NCBI GenBank assembly: GCA_963663475.2
Contig: CAXXJV010000001.1
Span: 1,920,001-1,984,000 of the forward strand
Length of the DNA: 64,000 nucleotides
Source of the DNA: Candidatus Cloacimonadales bacterium
GTDB lineage: Bacteria; Cloacimonadota; Cloacimonadia; Cloacimonadales; JAFGVF01
Reading direction: 5' to 3'
The notes under the pieces are model-generated. The model ran no database searches, was not told the origin of the DNA, and saw only the letters and a program-made list of their open reading frames with translations. Positions 21,189 to 31,507 of this stretch are shown here, one piece after another; position 1 is the stretch's first letter; each line of letters opens with the position of its first letter. A program made the translations under genes and the position numbers.

Positions 21189-24100
21189 AAGATATGTACT
21201 ATTAGACCTGATAAGAAATCCGAGAAGAACTCTTTCTACATTAACAGGAGTTATGCTAGGTGTTGGCCTTCTTTGCGGTGTGCTGTTTTTTGTAGATGGT
21301 CTTTCAACATCAATGACACAAAGATCTGTAGCACCTTTAGCTATCGATATGCAAAGAATCATCAGTAAACGTATTGGCAGCTTTGTATCTCTCACTCAAA
21401 CTATCGCTTATGTGGACAGAGTTAATACACCAGATATAGTTGAAATAAAGCTCAAACTTAAAAATGAAGGTAATTTTACTGCAAATGACGTAACTGTTCG
21501 TTCTCGTCTGAAAAAGGAACTTATGTTTATTAAGGGATCAGCAGAAATAGATGGAAAACCCTTAGATAAATTTGAGGATAATCCTTTCGCTCATGGTTTG
21601 GGAAGAACTGGATATAATCTTGGTTCAGTAAAACCTGGAGAAGCTCATTTTCTTAGCTACAGAGCAAAAGTTGAAAATAATGCTGAAATTGAGAAAAATC
21701 TAATTACCACTTTCTCCACCCGAGAATCTTTAATGCCGGTAAAGGCAAATAAACCTCAACAAGTACCACTCTCAGAACTATCGGATATGATCAGTAAGAT
21801 TGAAGGAGTGAAACTTGCTGAGCAGCTTTCTTATGCAGATCTTGGATATAATAAGATTACCTTCAAAAATAACTCTTCACCTGGAATGACCAGGATATTT
21901 GGGCTGAATAACAGTTATGCAAAGCACGATGAAACAATTTCAATAACAAGTGGAGAACTTATCGATAATGGAGCAGTGCTAAGTATTGAAGCTTCAAGAA
22001 TTATCAAAGCATCAATTGGGGACTCAATTATAATAAGTCTTCCAGACAGCTCTTTTCATAAAATTATGGTTACTGGGATTGCTGATTTAAGTCGTTCTCG
22101 AGCTCTTTTTAACAGCCGTCGAGGTGCAGACCTTGAGGAATTCTTATATATTCCAAGCTCTTTGATCATAACTTCAAAATACTTCGAAGAAATTGTTTTT
22201 CCAGCTTATCAGTCTGCAGCAAGTGAAAACGAAGATCGTTTGAAAAATCCTCCTGTTCGTGAAATAGATATCTGGCTTGATCATGCTCTTTTAAATGGTT
22301 CTCCTGAAATTGCATTAACTGAAACCAAACAAATAAACAGTAGAATAAAAGAAGTAGCTGCTCATCAAGATTATGTTCTTGATAACATCTCCAATACTCT
22401 GGAAGTAGCAGTTGCAGATGCACGTACTGCAAAAAAACTTTTCTTCTTCTTAGGAATTCCAGGAGGATTTCTAGCAGCAATGCTTGCAGCTTATGCGGCT
22501 AATGTTCTAGCGTCAGCCCAGCGTCGCGAACAAGCAACTCTCAGAGTTAGAGGTGCTTCAGGATCACATTTATTTAAGATGCTGGCATTAAGAACTTTCC
22601 TTATCACAACTATTGGAACAATTTTTGGATTATTATTAGGTTTTGTTATTTCAAGTGCCATCCTGGGATATGACTCAATGCTGAATGCTGGTTTCTTAAG
22701 GCTTTCTGTTTCAGGATTGCTGGGAACAATGGGAGGCTTTCTAGCAACTGGAATTTCATTGTATTTGACGGGGCATGTTTCTATTGTCAGACAAATTAAT
22801 GAAGAACGAGCTAGGTTATCTGAACGAACTCCTTATTGGCGCAGGTTAAATCTGGATATATTCAGTTTTGCAATTCTTGTAATAGGAACAGCAATTGCTT
22901 TATTAACGAACTCCTTTGAAGGTTCTAGTGGATCTGTCTATTTTGGCAAAGGTGTAGATCTGAATCTTATTATGTTGGTTTTTCCTGTCATGTTGTGGTT
23001 CTCAGGAAGCTATCTTTTTGCTCGCTTTTTAGTAATTTTTCTATCTAATCTTAGAAGAAAACAAAGAATTGGTATCCTAAAACCATGGCCAGGAGTTTTT
23101 TGGCTTAGCATAAACCGCAGACCCTGGCCCATTGCATATGGTTCCATAATCATTTCTCTAATTGTTGCTCTTTCGGTTAGCTTATCTGGATTCACTGCTT
23201 CATACAACAGAGCAAAAAAGAATGATGCTCTTTATGCTGCAGGATCAGACATCCGAATTATTCCTGATCCAACATCAATGAGTAAAATGCAGATATCCGA
23301 CACACATAAACTGAAAGTTGATGGTATAAAAGAAGTGACTCCTGTTTACTACAGTGTTCAGAATGTCATTATCAGAAGCAACCGAACATCAGATCCTGCA
23401 AATATGCTGGCTGTAGATCCTGATTCTTTTGGTAAAGTTGCACCATTGTATGATCTTGATTTCAACGACATTACTGCTGAACAATCTCTTAGCATTTTAA
23501 AAAACGAACAAGAATCTGTTTTTCTGAGTGATGATATGGCCGATTTCCTGCAGGTTGAAGTTGGAGATACTTTACATGTTCTTCTTGAGAGAGGTTCAAA
23601 CAAGCAAACTGAGATAATGCAAATCATTAAAGGTACCTTTAAGCGACTTCCAGGTTGTCCTGATGGTGCACATGCATTCATGTCAATTCATGTATATTCG
23701 GAAAAAATTCCAGACAAAGCTCCTGATTTCTTTCTCGCATCAGTGCAAAACGATCAGGTTGAGAATTTTGCAAGTATTGAGAAAGATTTAGCAAATTCAG
23801 TTGGTAAGTTTTTCGAATATAGATTGGAAAGCAAGTATACTGTTCTTTCTAAAGATCAATCAAGTCTCGCAGCATTAAACATTGCCGGTCTGGTTAAATT
23901 AGACTCCATCTTTGCCTTTGTTATGGCAATAGTAACGATTGGTATATTTGTCTTTGGTCTACTTTTCCAAAGAAGAAGAGAATACATCACCTTGAAAGCA
24001 CAAGGGCTCAAACCGAACATCATCAGGTCATTAATAGCTGCAGAGGCTAGCAGCGTTGCTTTAGGCGGTAGCATTTCAGGTATTCTTGTAGGTATTACAA

Positions 24101-24282
24101 TGGGCTTTTACTTTGTAAAAGTTTTACAACCTTTATTCGTTCATGTTCCAGTATATGTAATATCTCTACAATCTATTTTTCTTCCAATTTCACTTGTTTT
24201 TATTGGAACTGTAATCTCTTCATATACTGGTTCAAGACAAATAAACTCACTCAATCCAATGGAACTATTACGAGATGAATAA
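21181..24282 (+). CDS. FtsX/MacB-like ABC permease (two FtsX domains)
   Basis: RNPRRT + TM; QRREQATLRVRG and RRREYITLKAQG; C-terminal NPMELLRDE. Confidence 0.9.
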   Translation: MFKRYVLLDLIRNPRRTLSTLTGVMLGVGLLCGVLFFVDGLSTSMTQRSVAPLAIDMQRIISKRIGSFVSLTQTIAYVDRVNTPDIVEIKLKLKNEGNFTANDVTVRSRLKKELMFIKGSAEIDGKPLDKFEDNPFAHGLGRTGYNLGSVKPGEAHFLSYRAKVENNAEIEKNLITTFSTRESLMPVKANKPQQVPLSELSDMISKIEGVKLAEQLSYADLGYNKITFKNNSSPGMTRIFGLNNSYAKHDETISITSGELIDNGAVLSIEASRIIKASIGDSIIISLPDSSFHKIMVTGIADLSRSRALFNSRRGADLEEFLYIPSSLIITSKYFEEIVFPAYQSAASENEDRLKNPPVREIDIWLDHALLNGSPEIALTETKQINSRIKEVAAHQDYVLDNISNTLEVAVADARTAKKLFFFLGIPGGFLAAMLAAYAANVLASAQRREQATLRVRGASGSHLFKMLALRTFLITTIGTIFGLLLGFVISSAILGYDSMLNAGFLRLSVSGLLGTMGGFLATGISLYLTGHVSIVRQINEERARLSERTPYWRRLNLDIFSFAILVIGTAIALLTNSFEGSSGSVYFGKGVDLNLIMLVFPVMLWFSGSYLFARFLVIFLSNLRRKQRIGILKPWPGVFWLSINRRPWPIAYGSIIISLIVALSVSLSGFTASYNRAKKNDALYAAGSDIRIIPDPTSMSKMQISDTHKLKVDGIKEVTPVYYSVQNVIIRSNRTSDPANMLAVDPDSFGKVAPLYDLDFNDITAEQSLSILKNEQESVFLSDDMADFLQVEVGDTLHVLLERGSNKQTEIMQIIKGTFKRLPGCPDGAHAFMSIHVYSEKIPDKAPDFFLASVQNDQVENFASIEKDLANSVGKFFEYRLESKYTVLSKDQSSLAALNIAGLVKLDSIFAFVMAIVTIGIFVFGLLFQRRREYITLKAQGLKPNIIRSLIAAEASSVALGGSISGILVGITMGFYFVKVLQPLFVHVPVYVISLQSIFLPISLVFIGTVISSYTGSRQINSLNPMELLRDE

Positions 24283-24321
24283 AAAAATATTTATGGAAAA
24301 CTAAATAAATTAGGAGGATAG

Positions 24322-25020
24322 ATGAAAAATCTAAAAAAAATATTGTTGATGGAAGTTGTTGAAAAACATATCATTATACTAGTGATTATCGTTTTAGCTT
24401 TCGGTTCGCTACAGGCTCAAATGAAACCAGAAATCCTTTTGAACATTGAAACTTCTGGGAATGAGATTCTAAGTGATGATTACGAATATGGCATTTCACC
24501 CCAGTTAATTTTTGAATGGGAATCAATTAATCTTTTAGCTGAGACAAAATGGTATTTACCTTTATATCCTGAATCTAATCTCGGAGAAGTAGAGCTTAAT
24601 GTGGAACGTGTTTTGCATTCCAAATTATGGTGGTTAGATTTTAAGCTGGGTAATACAAATTTGTGGATCTTTGAAGATAGTGAACTTGAAGGAGTCGCTT
24701 TTTTCAATCCAATAATGTATATATCCAATATAGAATTTGAATTAGGCTTTGAAACTCAGTATATGCCAGATTTAGCCGTCGAGTTTGCTCCTTCTATCGT
24801 TTATGAATTTGCCCTACCTCGTGGAATAGCAGAAATTGGAGTAGGTCAGACTATTGTTCTATATGATGAATTTGCAAGAGGGGAAACAGAATTTCCTATT
24901 ACATACGAATTTGATGCTGGAGAATATTCAACCCTAGGATTTGAATTTACTCCATTAATCACTGAAGATAACGAGTTTAATCTTAATATCATGCTCAAAG
25001 CTGAAATATCTTTTGATTAA
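24322..25020 (+). CDS. Exported hypothetical protein, possibly an outer-membrane beta-barrel
   Basis: Signal peptide, alternating hydrophobic strands, near-terminal Phe. Confidence 0.6.
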   Translation: MKNLKKILLMEVVEKHIIILVIIVLAFGSLQAQMKPEILLNIETSGNEILSDDYEYGISPQLIFEWESINLLAETKWYLPLYPESNLGEVELNVERVLHSKLWWLDFKLGNTNLWIFEDSELEGVAFFNPIMYISNIEFELGFETQYMPDLAVEFAPSIVYEFALPRGIAEIGVGQTIVLYDEFARGETEFPITYEFDAGEYSTLGFEFTPLITEDNEFNLNIMLKAEISFD

Positions 25021-25117
25021 AAGTTCGGACTAATAAAGCTTTAATGATAACATAAGATAGAACTATATGAAGTGGATCAAGAACTATAGAAAAAATTAAA
25101 AAAAGAATGGAGGAGAC

Positions 25118-25870
25118 ATGTGTTTACAAAAAGAGCTTGAAAAACAAGGCAACTGGCTTTTTACTTACAGAAGTTATTTGCCGATATTAATATTAGCTGT
25201 AGGTATTGTCCTATATTTTAGAAATTATATTCACCTTGAGATGTTTAGTAGTAAAATTGTGATATATAAGTCATTTTATGCATACTTATGCCTCTTCCTT
25301 AGTCTTTCAGGTGTTTTAGTTAGAGTATATACAGTAGGCTATACACCCAAGGGTACTTCTGGTAGAAACACAAAAAAACAAGTAGCACAAAGCTTGAATA
25401 TGACAGGGATATATTCAGTGGTTCGTCACCCTTTATATTTGGGTAATTTCTTAATCTACCTTGGTATTTGTTTATTAATTGGACATTTATGGTTTGTCAT
25501 TATATTTTGTTTGCTGTTTTGGATTTACTACGAAAGGATCATGTATGCCGAGGAGCAGTTTTTATTTCGTAAATTCGGAGAGGATTTTACGAATTGGTCT
25601 GCAGAAATTCCAGCTTTTATCCCAAGATTTAAATCATTTGTAAAACCAGCACAATCATTTAGCTGGAAAAAGGTCCTAAGAAAAGAAGCTGATGGTATTT
25701 TCGCCTTATCCTGTATTTTTTTCTTTTTCAATATTGGAAGAGAGATAATTGAGAATAACGGTCATTTTAACTTGATTCTTGGATTTATCTTTCTATTTAT
25801 TACTATAGGATACATTTTTGCCAAGTATTTAAAGAAAAAGACCCGTTTTCTTAATGAAGTGGAGAAATAG
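25118..25870 (+). CDS. lmtA: Lipid A phosphate O-methyltransferase-like protein (ICMT/PEMT family)
   Basis: QGNWLFTYRSYLP, GTSGRNT, GIYSVVRHPLYLGN and YYERIMYAEE resemble Leptospira LmtA. Confidence 0.75.
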   Translation: MCLQKELEKQGNWLFTYRSYLPILILAVGIVLYFRNYIHLEMFSSKIVIYKSFYAYLCLFLSLSGVLVRVYTVGYTPKGTSGRNTKKQVAQSLNMTGIYSVVRHPLYLGNFLIYLGICLLIGHLWFVIIFCLLFWIYYERIMYAEEQFLFRKFGEDFTNWSAEIPAFIPRFKSFVKPAQSFSWKKVLRKEADGIFALSCIFFFFNIGREIIENNGHFNLILGFIFLFITIGYIFAKYLKKKTRFLNEVEK

Positions 25871-25953
25871 CCCGTTATAATGATTGTAGAAGCTTAAATT
25901 CTACTTACCAAATTCGCTTGAAATATGTGTAATTTAGAGAGAGGAAGATTTAA

Positions 25954-26625
25954 ATGAGAATTTTATTGGTCGAGGATGATAAAAAAATTGCTGGTTTTAT
26001 TACCAAAGGTCTTCAGGAAGAAAACTATGCAGTAGATATTTTTCACAATGGAGAAGACGGTCTATATTGGGCTCTAGTAAATGAATATGACTTGATTATT
26101 TTAGATATAATGCTGCCTCAGATGAATGGTTTAGAAATCTGTCGGGAAATCAGACGCAATCAAAAAAACACACCAATTATTATTTTAACAGCAAAAGGGT
26201 CTATTGAAGATAAGGTTAAAGGCTTGAGGATTGGGGCAGATGATTACTTGAGTAAACCATTTTCATTTGATGAATTATTAGCTCGTATTCAAGCTTTGTT
26301 AAGAAGATCGCAGGAATATCAGTCTCAAATTTTAACAGCAGCAGATTTAGAACTTGATGTCGGCTCACGAAGAGTCTCCCGATCAGGGAAAGAGATAATC
26401 CTATCAGGTAGAGAGTATGGTCTCTTGGAATTTTTGATGAGGAATAAGAATAAAGTCGTAACTGAAACTCAGATAATTGAACATGTCTGGGATATGAATT
26501 CTGAGTTGTTTACGAATGTCGTAAATGTATATATCCACCATCTACGAAAAAAAATAGATGAGGAAAGCTCTCAGAAGTTAATCTATACGCTGCGCGGTCG
26601 AGGATATATTTTAAAGGATGAATAA
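25954..26625 (+). CDS. OmpR-family response regulator (CusR-like)
   Basis: MRILLVEDD, LDIMLP, GADDYLSKPF, TLRGRGY. Confidence 0.95.
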   Translation: MRILLVEDDKKIAGFITKGLQEENYAVDIFHNGEDGLYWALVNEYDLIILDIMLPQMNGLEICREIRRNQKNTPIIILTAKGSIEDKVKGLRIGADDYLSKPFSFDELLARIQALLRRSQEYQSQILTAADLELDVGSRRVSRSGKEIILSGREYGLLEFLMRNKNKVVTETQIIEHVWDMNSELFTNVVNVYIHHLRKKIDEESSQKLIYTLRGRGYILKDE

Positions 26626-26631
26626 ACCACT

Positions 26632-28095
26632 ATGATTAATCATTCAATTCGTAATCGTTTAACAATATATTTCGCTTCAATAGTTGCAATAATTCTTCTT
26701 CTGTTTGATCTTCTAATCATATTGAGTTTTAGGGACAATCTATTAGATAATATTGAATCTTCACTATTAAGCAGTTGTTCGGTTATTACAGGAGAGATTT
26801 TTAAGCAGGATATATCAGGGAAACTCATTGAAGAAGATAGTGAATATGAAGATGAAATATCTAAGATCTCCGAGCTTTTCCCTGTAGAAATAGCAGAATT
26901 AATAGAATCAATGGGGCATTTCGCACAGCTACTCGATGTTCAGAATCCTGCGAAACCTGTTATCATTGCCAGAGCACATTTGAATGAAAATATTAATATA
27001 CCATATAACCCAGAGTTGGTGCAGAAAATTATAGGAAGCAAATCATCCAAGGATAAATATTTGTTCAAAAAATCACAGGAATTAATGCTGGTCAACCTCT
27101 ACATTTTGGATCATCTGGGAAATAAATTTGTATTACAAATTGCAGAAACCACCGTTAATTTTAAAAATGATTTAAAGTGGATTTTTACAAGTTTATTGAT
27201 AGCTTCACCACTTTTTTTACTCATCCTTTCCATATTTGGGTATTTTATGATAAAAACTGCCTTCAAGCCTGTCACCAATATTGTGGAAGATGTAAATAAG
27301 ATTACAGCCAAAGATCTTAGTTTACGGATAAAATCAATGAGCGGAAAAGATGAGATTGGGAAATTAATTGATACTTTCAATAATCTTATTGAACGCTTAG
27401 AAAGATCATTCAATTTAACAAAACAGTTTTCTATTGATGTATCCCACGAGCTCAAAACACCCTTAACCGTTTTAAGAGGAGAGATAGAGGTGATCCTGCG
27501 TCACTCTAGGTCGAAGGAAGAATATGTAAGAACATTAAATAGCCTAGTAGAAGAGGTGATCAAATTGCAGGCAATCATTGATAATCTGCTTCTTCTGGCA
27601 AACCTGGATGCATCCCGCAGACTGCCAGAATTTGAAGATGTAGATCTGAATGAACTTATATTAGAAACATTTGAAGATCTGCATTGGCTTGCTACCCAGA
27701 AAAATCAGAATATTGAGATTAGAGAAATACCTTCTATCAGCATTCATGGAGATAAGACGCTTCTCATCAGGCTATTCAGCAATATTCTGGAAAATGCAAT
27801 TAAATATTCTCCCAGAAACGGAAAAATCAGGATTTTCTGTAATATATCAAAAGACTCCATGGAAATCAATGTGCAAGATAGCGGACCCGGAATAAGCAAA
27901 GAATATCATACCAAAATTTTTGAGAGGTTTTTCCGTATCAATGATTTATATGAGCCCACCAAATCCAAAAGCTCTGGCTTAGGGCTAGCTTTAGCAAAGA
28001 AGATAGCTGACCTGCATAATATTACCATCAAACTGAAAAATTCATCTCCTCAGGGCTGCATTTTTTCTTTATCAGCTCCTTTTAAATATGATTAA
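26632..28095 (+). CDS. HAMP-domain sensor histidine kinase (CusS-like)
   Basis: Two TMs, HAMP, SHELKTPL, NILENAIKYS, DSGPGI, GLGLA. Confidence 0.95.
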   Translation: MINHSIRNRLTIYFASIVAIILLLFDLLIILSFRDNLLDNIESSLLSSCSVITGEIFKQDISGKLIEEDSEYEDEISKISELFPVEIAELIESMGHFAQLLDVQNPAKPVIIARAHLNENINIPYNPELVQKIIGSKSSKDKYLFKKSQELMLVNLYILDHLGNKFVLQIAETTVNFKNDLKWIFTSLLIASPLFLLILSIFGYFMIKTAFKPVTNIVEDVNKITAKDLSLRIKSMSGKDEIGKLIDTFNNLIERLERSFNLTKQFSIDVSHELKTPLTVLRGEIEVILRHSRSKEEYVRTLNSLVEEVIKLQAIIDNLLLLANLDASRRLPEFEDVDLNELILETFEDLHWLATQKNQNIEIREIPSISIHGDKTLLIRLFSNILENAIKYSPRNGKIRIFCNISKDSMEINVQDSGPGISKEYHTKIFERFFRINDLYEPTKSKSSGLGLALAKKIADLHNITIKLKNSSPQGCIFSLSAPFKYD

Positions 28096-28299
28096 GAAAC
28101 TTTAATATAAATATATGATGAAATTTTCATTTTAACGCTTTTATAACAATAATATAGCTTTGCTATCAAATTATACTAAACATAATATTAATAATATATC
28201 TGTTATTGTTTATAGAATTTTAGAAATAAGTATTTTAATAGTAAGTGTTTGAGTAGAATAGGGACAGTATAACCATGTCTCTATTTGAAATGTAAAAAG

Positions 28300-28430
28300 T
28301 TGGCATACCCCATTTTTTTATGAAAAAATGATCCGTATTTGTAGCTTGTTATGATATTCCCTCTTGTGTGGTAAATTTTATTCATTTTAGTGTTATTAAA
28401 TATAGTTTTATAATTCTACTCAGTTTTAAC
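28300..28430 (-). mobile_element. Degenerate right end of the IS family seen at 1-910
   Basis: Reverse complement aligns to 781-910, including the terminal AAAAAAATG(G/A)GGTATGCCAA. Confidence 0.7.
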
Positions 28431-28522
28431 AGGATTTTTATTTATAGTCGTCTCTTTCTCAACTTACACTTCCTTAGCTTGGAAGAGAGAAAAAAAGATA
28501 GAGACATTTAGTATAGCAAATT

Positions 28523-28841
28523 ACCAAGGTCTCGCTCCCTGCTCAGATCAACAATCTAAAACCGATGTCTCACTTGAGACGGCGAGATCTCGGTGGCTTT
28601 TTTCGAATCCCAAACCAACAACTAGCTACTAAGATAAAGACTTACAGGAGATTAGTAGCTTAGCAAACTCTCCAAACATCCTTTAAAACTAGCAGAGAAA
28701 TTGTAAAAAAATACCTGCAAAAGCTGTTAAATAGGAAATTTTTAGACATCGGTTGAGACAGCGTGTAAATAACTAATAAATAGCACTTTATAAGAAGCTC
28801 CTATAGATATCTCACATGGAAAATTTGGCTGTCACTTTTTA
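28523..28841. repeat. ~315-bp transposable-phage end (end B), copy 3
   Basis: Direct repeat of 13095-13411 and 18103-18404; truncates a host gene at 28841. Confidence 0.85.
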
Positions 28842-28842
28842 A

Positions 28843-29841
28843 ATCCTCTTCGAACACTTAGTAGCAAATATTAACATAGACAGCGAAATTGGTTCTTTAA
28901 CCCTAGATGAAGTTTCTGGTAGTGCAGAGATTGATTCCGAAATTGGTTCTATTAAGGTAAAAAAGGGTGACTTCCAGAACTTTTTTTGCTCTACTGAGGT
29001 TGGGAATATAGAGATTTTAGGAATTAAAGCAGTAGCCTTAAAGTGTGAAACAGAAGTAGGTCAAATCAATATAAAAGAAGCAGAAGTATCCAATGCTACC
29101 ATTAGTAGTGAAACAGGTAACATCGAATATCAACTACTTCCTAACAAGCAAAATCAAACTAAAATATCAGCAGAAATCGGTAAAGTAAAAATTATCATTC
29201 CTCATGAAATTAACTTAGATTTAAAAGCAACTTCAGAAATGGGTTCGGTTAATTCTTCTCTTAAGAATGTTGTCTCTTCCCCAATCGATGATGGTGTAAT
29301 CTTAAAAAGTGAAACAATAAATAATGAAGCAGGAAGTGCAACTATCAAGGTTACCACTGAAATTGGATCCATAACTCTACTTAATGAAGATACTCTTCCT
29401 AATGAAGAGAAAAGACAGTTTAAAAATAACAAGTTGAATGAGGAGATTATTCGAGCCATGAATGAAATGAGCAAAGTAACAAAGGTGCTAGGTTCTCCAG
29501 CCTTAAGAAAGTCCATTGGTGGCGCTTTTGCTAACTTGGGAGAAGTTATTAAGTCTAGGGTTCAAACAGCCTTAAAAGAGGCCGATATTACGATTAAAGA
29601 GTCAATGAAAGATATGAAGGCTGATTTGCAACAGCAAAGACAAGATTATAAATCAGAAAATGTCCGTAACAGACAAGAAGCTCAACAAGGAAGAGATTTT
29701 TCTAGCAGAAATAGTATGTATAGACCTGAAGATAGGTTATCAGATAATGAGAAAAGTAGATTAAAAATTCTCGATCTTCTTGAGCAAGGAAAAATAAGTC
29801 ATGAACAGGCAGAGAAACTCCTTAAAGCAATAAATAAATAA
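28843..29841 (+). pseudogene. 5'-truncated DUF4097-like beta-strand repeat protein with C-terminal SHOCT-like helix
   Basis: Frame is open from 28843 (ILFEHLVANINIDSEIGSLTL...) with S/T-E-x-G repeats; ILDLLEQGKISHEQAEKLL; begins at the end-B junction. Confidence 0.8.
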
Positions 29842-29865
29842 ATAAGATCTCTAAGCTATTATAAT

Positions 29866-29942
29866 TGAACCCAAGTTTTGCAGTAGAACTTCAATGAAAA
29901 TATTGTTCTATACCTGAAGTTTTTCTGCATTTCTTGGGTTCA
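29866..29942. repeat. MITE-like inverted repeat; contains the empty group II intron target (29938/29939)
   Basis: TGAACCCAAG..TGCAG..AACTTCA / TGAAGTT..CTGCA..CTTGGGTTCA. Confidence 0.7.
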
Positions 29943-30109
29943 TTATCTTATCATTCCTTCCTCTTCCCCTCCTCCTTAATACTCATCTTAATTAAAAATC
30001 GAATAATATTTAGGATGTGTGAGAAGGAGCATGGGAAGACAAAACAAAGAGGATAAAACATAATCCCGAATGGTGCAGTAGAGCTTTACAGAAGAGTGCA
30101 GATTCTTTT

Positions 30110-30970
30110 AGTGTTATCGAGAGCCAAGCTATCTATGCATACCAAAATAGACTAATCTTCTCTTATATCACTAATGATACATTCAAAGTGTTTGATATTG
30201 ATCCTCAAGATTTATCCCAAACTGCAACTTATTCCTTTCCTTCTCAGCGTGGTGTTGCTCTACAAGATTTTATTATCGGAAATAAGTTCTATAACATTCA
30301 GAACTATAATGATAATTTAACTTTAGCTTGCTATGATTTAGATAATGATTTTGCTCAAGTATGGCAGGAAACTATTGCTGAGAATGTTATGAGTGACTTC
30401 GTTATTGAAAAGTTAAATAATAGATTTGTTGTTGCTTATACTCAAGGTACTGAAGGAAGCGAAAGAGTTTCTCTCAGAACTATTAGTTTTTTGGGTAATA
30501 GTGATCAGTATGAAGAGGGCTGTGCTTTACCTTTAAACTTAGAGAGTCAGTACGGTCCTACTATAAGTGTGCTTGATGATAACACAATCTTCGTTAACAG
30601 AATTGAGAATAATTCAGCTGATAATCCTGGTGTTTATTGTGATTTAATAGACCTTAGTTACTTTGTTCCAAATAGTTCTGAAGATGTGTCTCCTTTTACT
30701 TTCACAGCAACAAATTATCCAAATCCTTTTAATCCTGAGACTACTATTTCTTATAATCTTACTAAAGCTGGAGTTACTAAAGTTGAGGTCTTTAATTTGA
30801 AAGGTCAGTTAGTAAAGACTTTAGTTAATGAGGTACAGTCTGCTGGGAATCAAAAGGTTATTTGGAGAGGTAATAATGAGCAAGATAAACAGGTAAGCTC
30901 AGGAATTTATCTGTATAAAATTAAAAGTACAGGTGGTGTTATAAGTGGGAAGATGGTGTTGATGAAATAG
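30110..30970 (+). pseudogene. Start-less 3' fragment of a paralogue of the 941-aa T9SS-CTD protein
   Basis: Aligns to the last ~285 aa of 31508-34321; no signal peptide or RBS; preceded by a MITE-like end at 30065. Confidence 0.85.
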
Positions 30971-31038
30971 GGTCTTGCTTTGCAAGAATTAAAAATGAAA
31001 AATAGAAGAGTAAAACTTTCAGGCGAATTTACACGAAT

Positions 31039-31372
31039 GTAGGGGAGATAGATTTTTTGCCCTTCTATAAAACAAGATAAATACATCTTTCGTCGGACGG
31101 TGGACATTCTGTCTGCCATTCTCTTAAACTCCCCGCTTTAGTACTGAAGGTAGGTTTAAAGAGGGGTGTGGCTTGGTATTTCCAAGACAGGGTGTTTTGT
31201 GAGTCAAGCAGGGATTAATAAAATAATCAGGCTGATTACAGCCTGATGGAAGCAGAGACACTCCACACATAGTTTCGCTCATCTGGAATATGTAAACTAT
31301 GGACTGGTAACACCCTTGCCACCACTCCATAAACCATAAAGCTATGCTATTGGAAAAGGTAGCATACTGATT
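31039..31372. repeat. GC-richer intergenic cluster of short palindromes, including a degenerate REP (31039-31062)
   Basis: GTAGGGGAGATAGATTTTTTGCCC, ATCAGGCTG-ATTA-CAGCCTGAT, CTTGG..CCAAG and TATGCTA..TAGCATA hairpins. Confidence 0.6.
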
Positions 31373-31507
31373 GAATAGTCTTAATTCATTTCAATTAAAA
31401 AATAATACATAATAATTGACAAAAAACGTACTAGAAGTAAAAAACGTACTAGAAGTAAAAAATGTAAATGTAAATAAATATTACAGTTTAACTTATTGGG
31501 AGGAACA

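Noticed and set aside
1720-27895. Numerous 60-157-aa antisense or alternate-frame ORFs in the track
   Set aside because: Shadow ORFs lying within well-supported genes.
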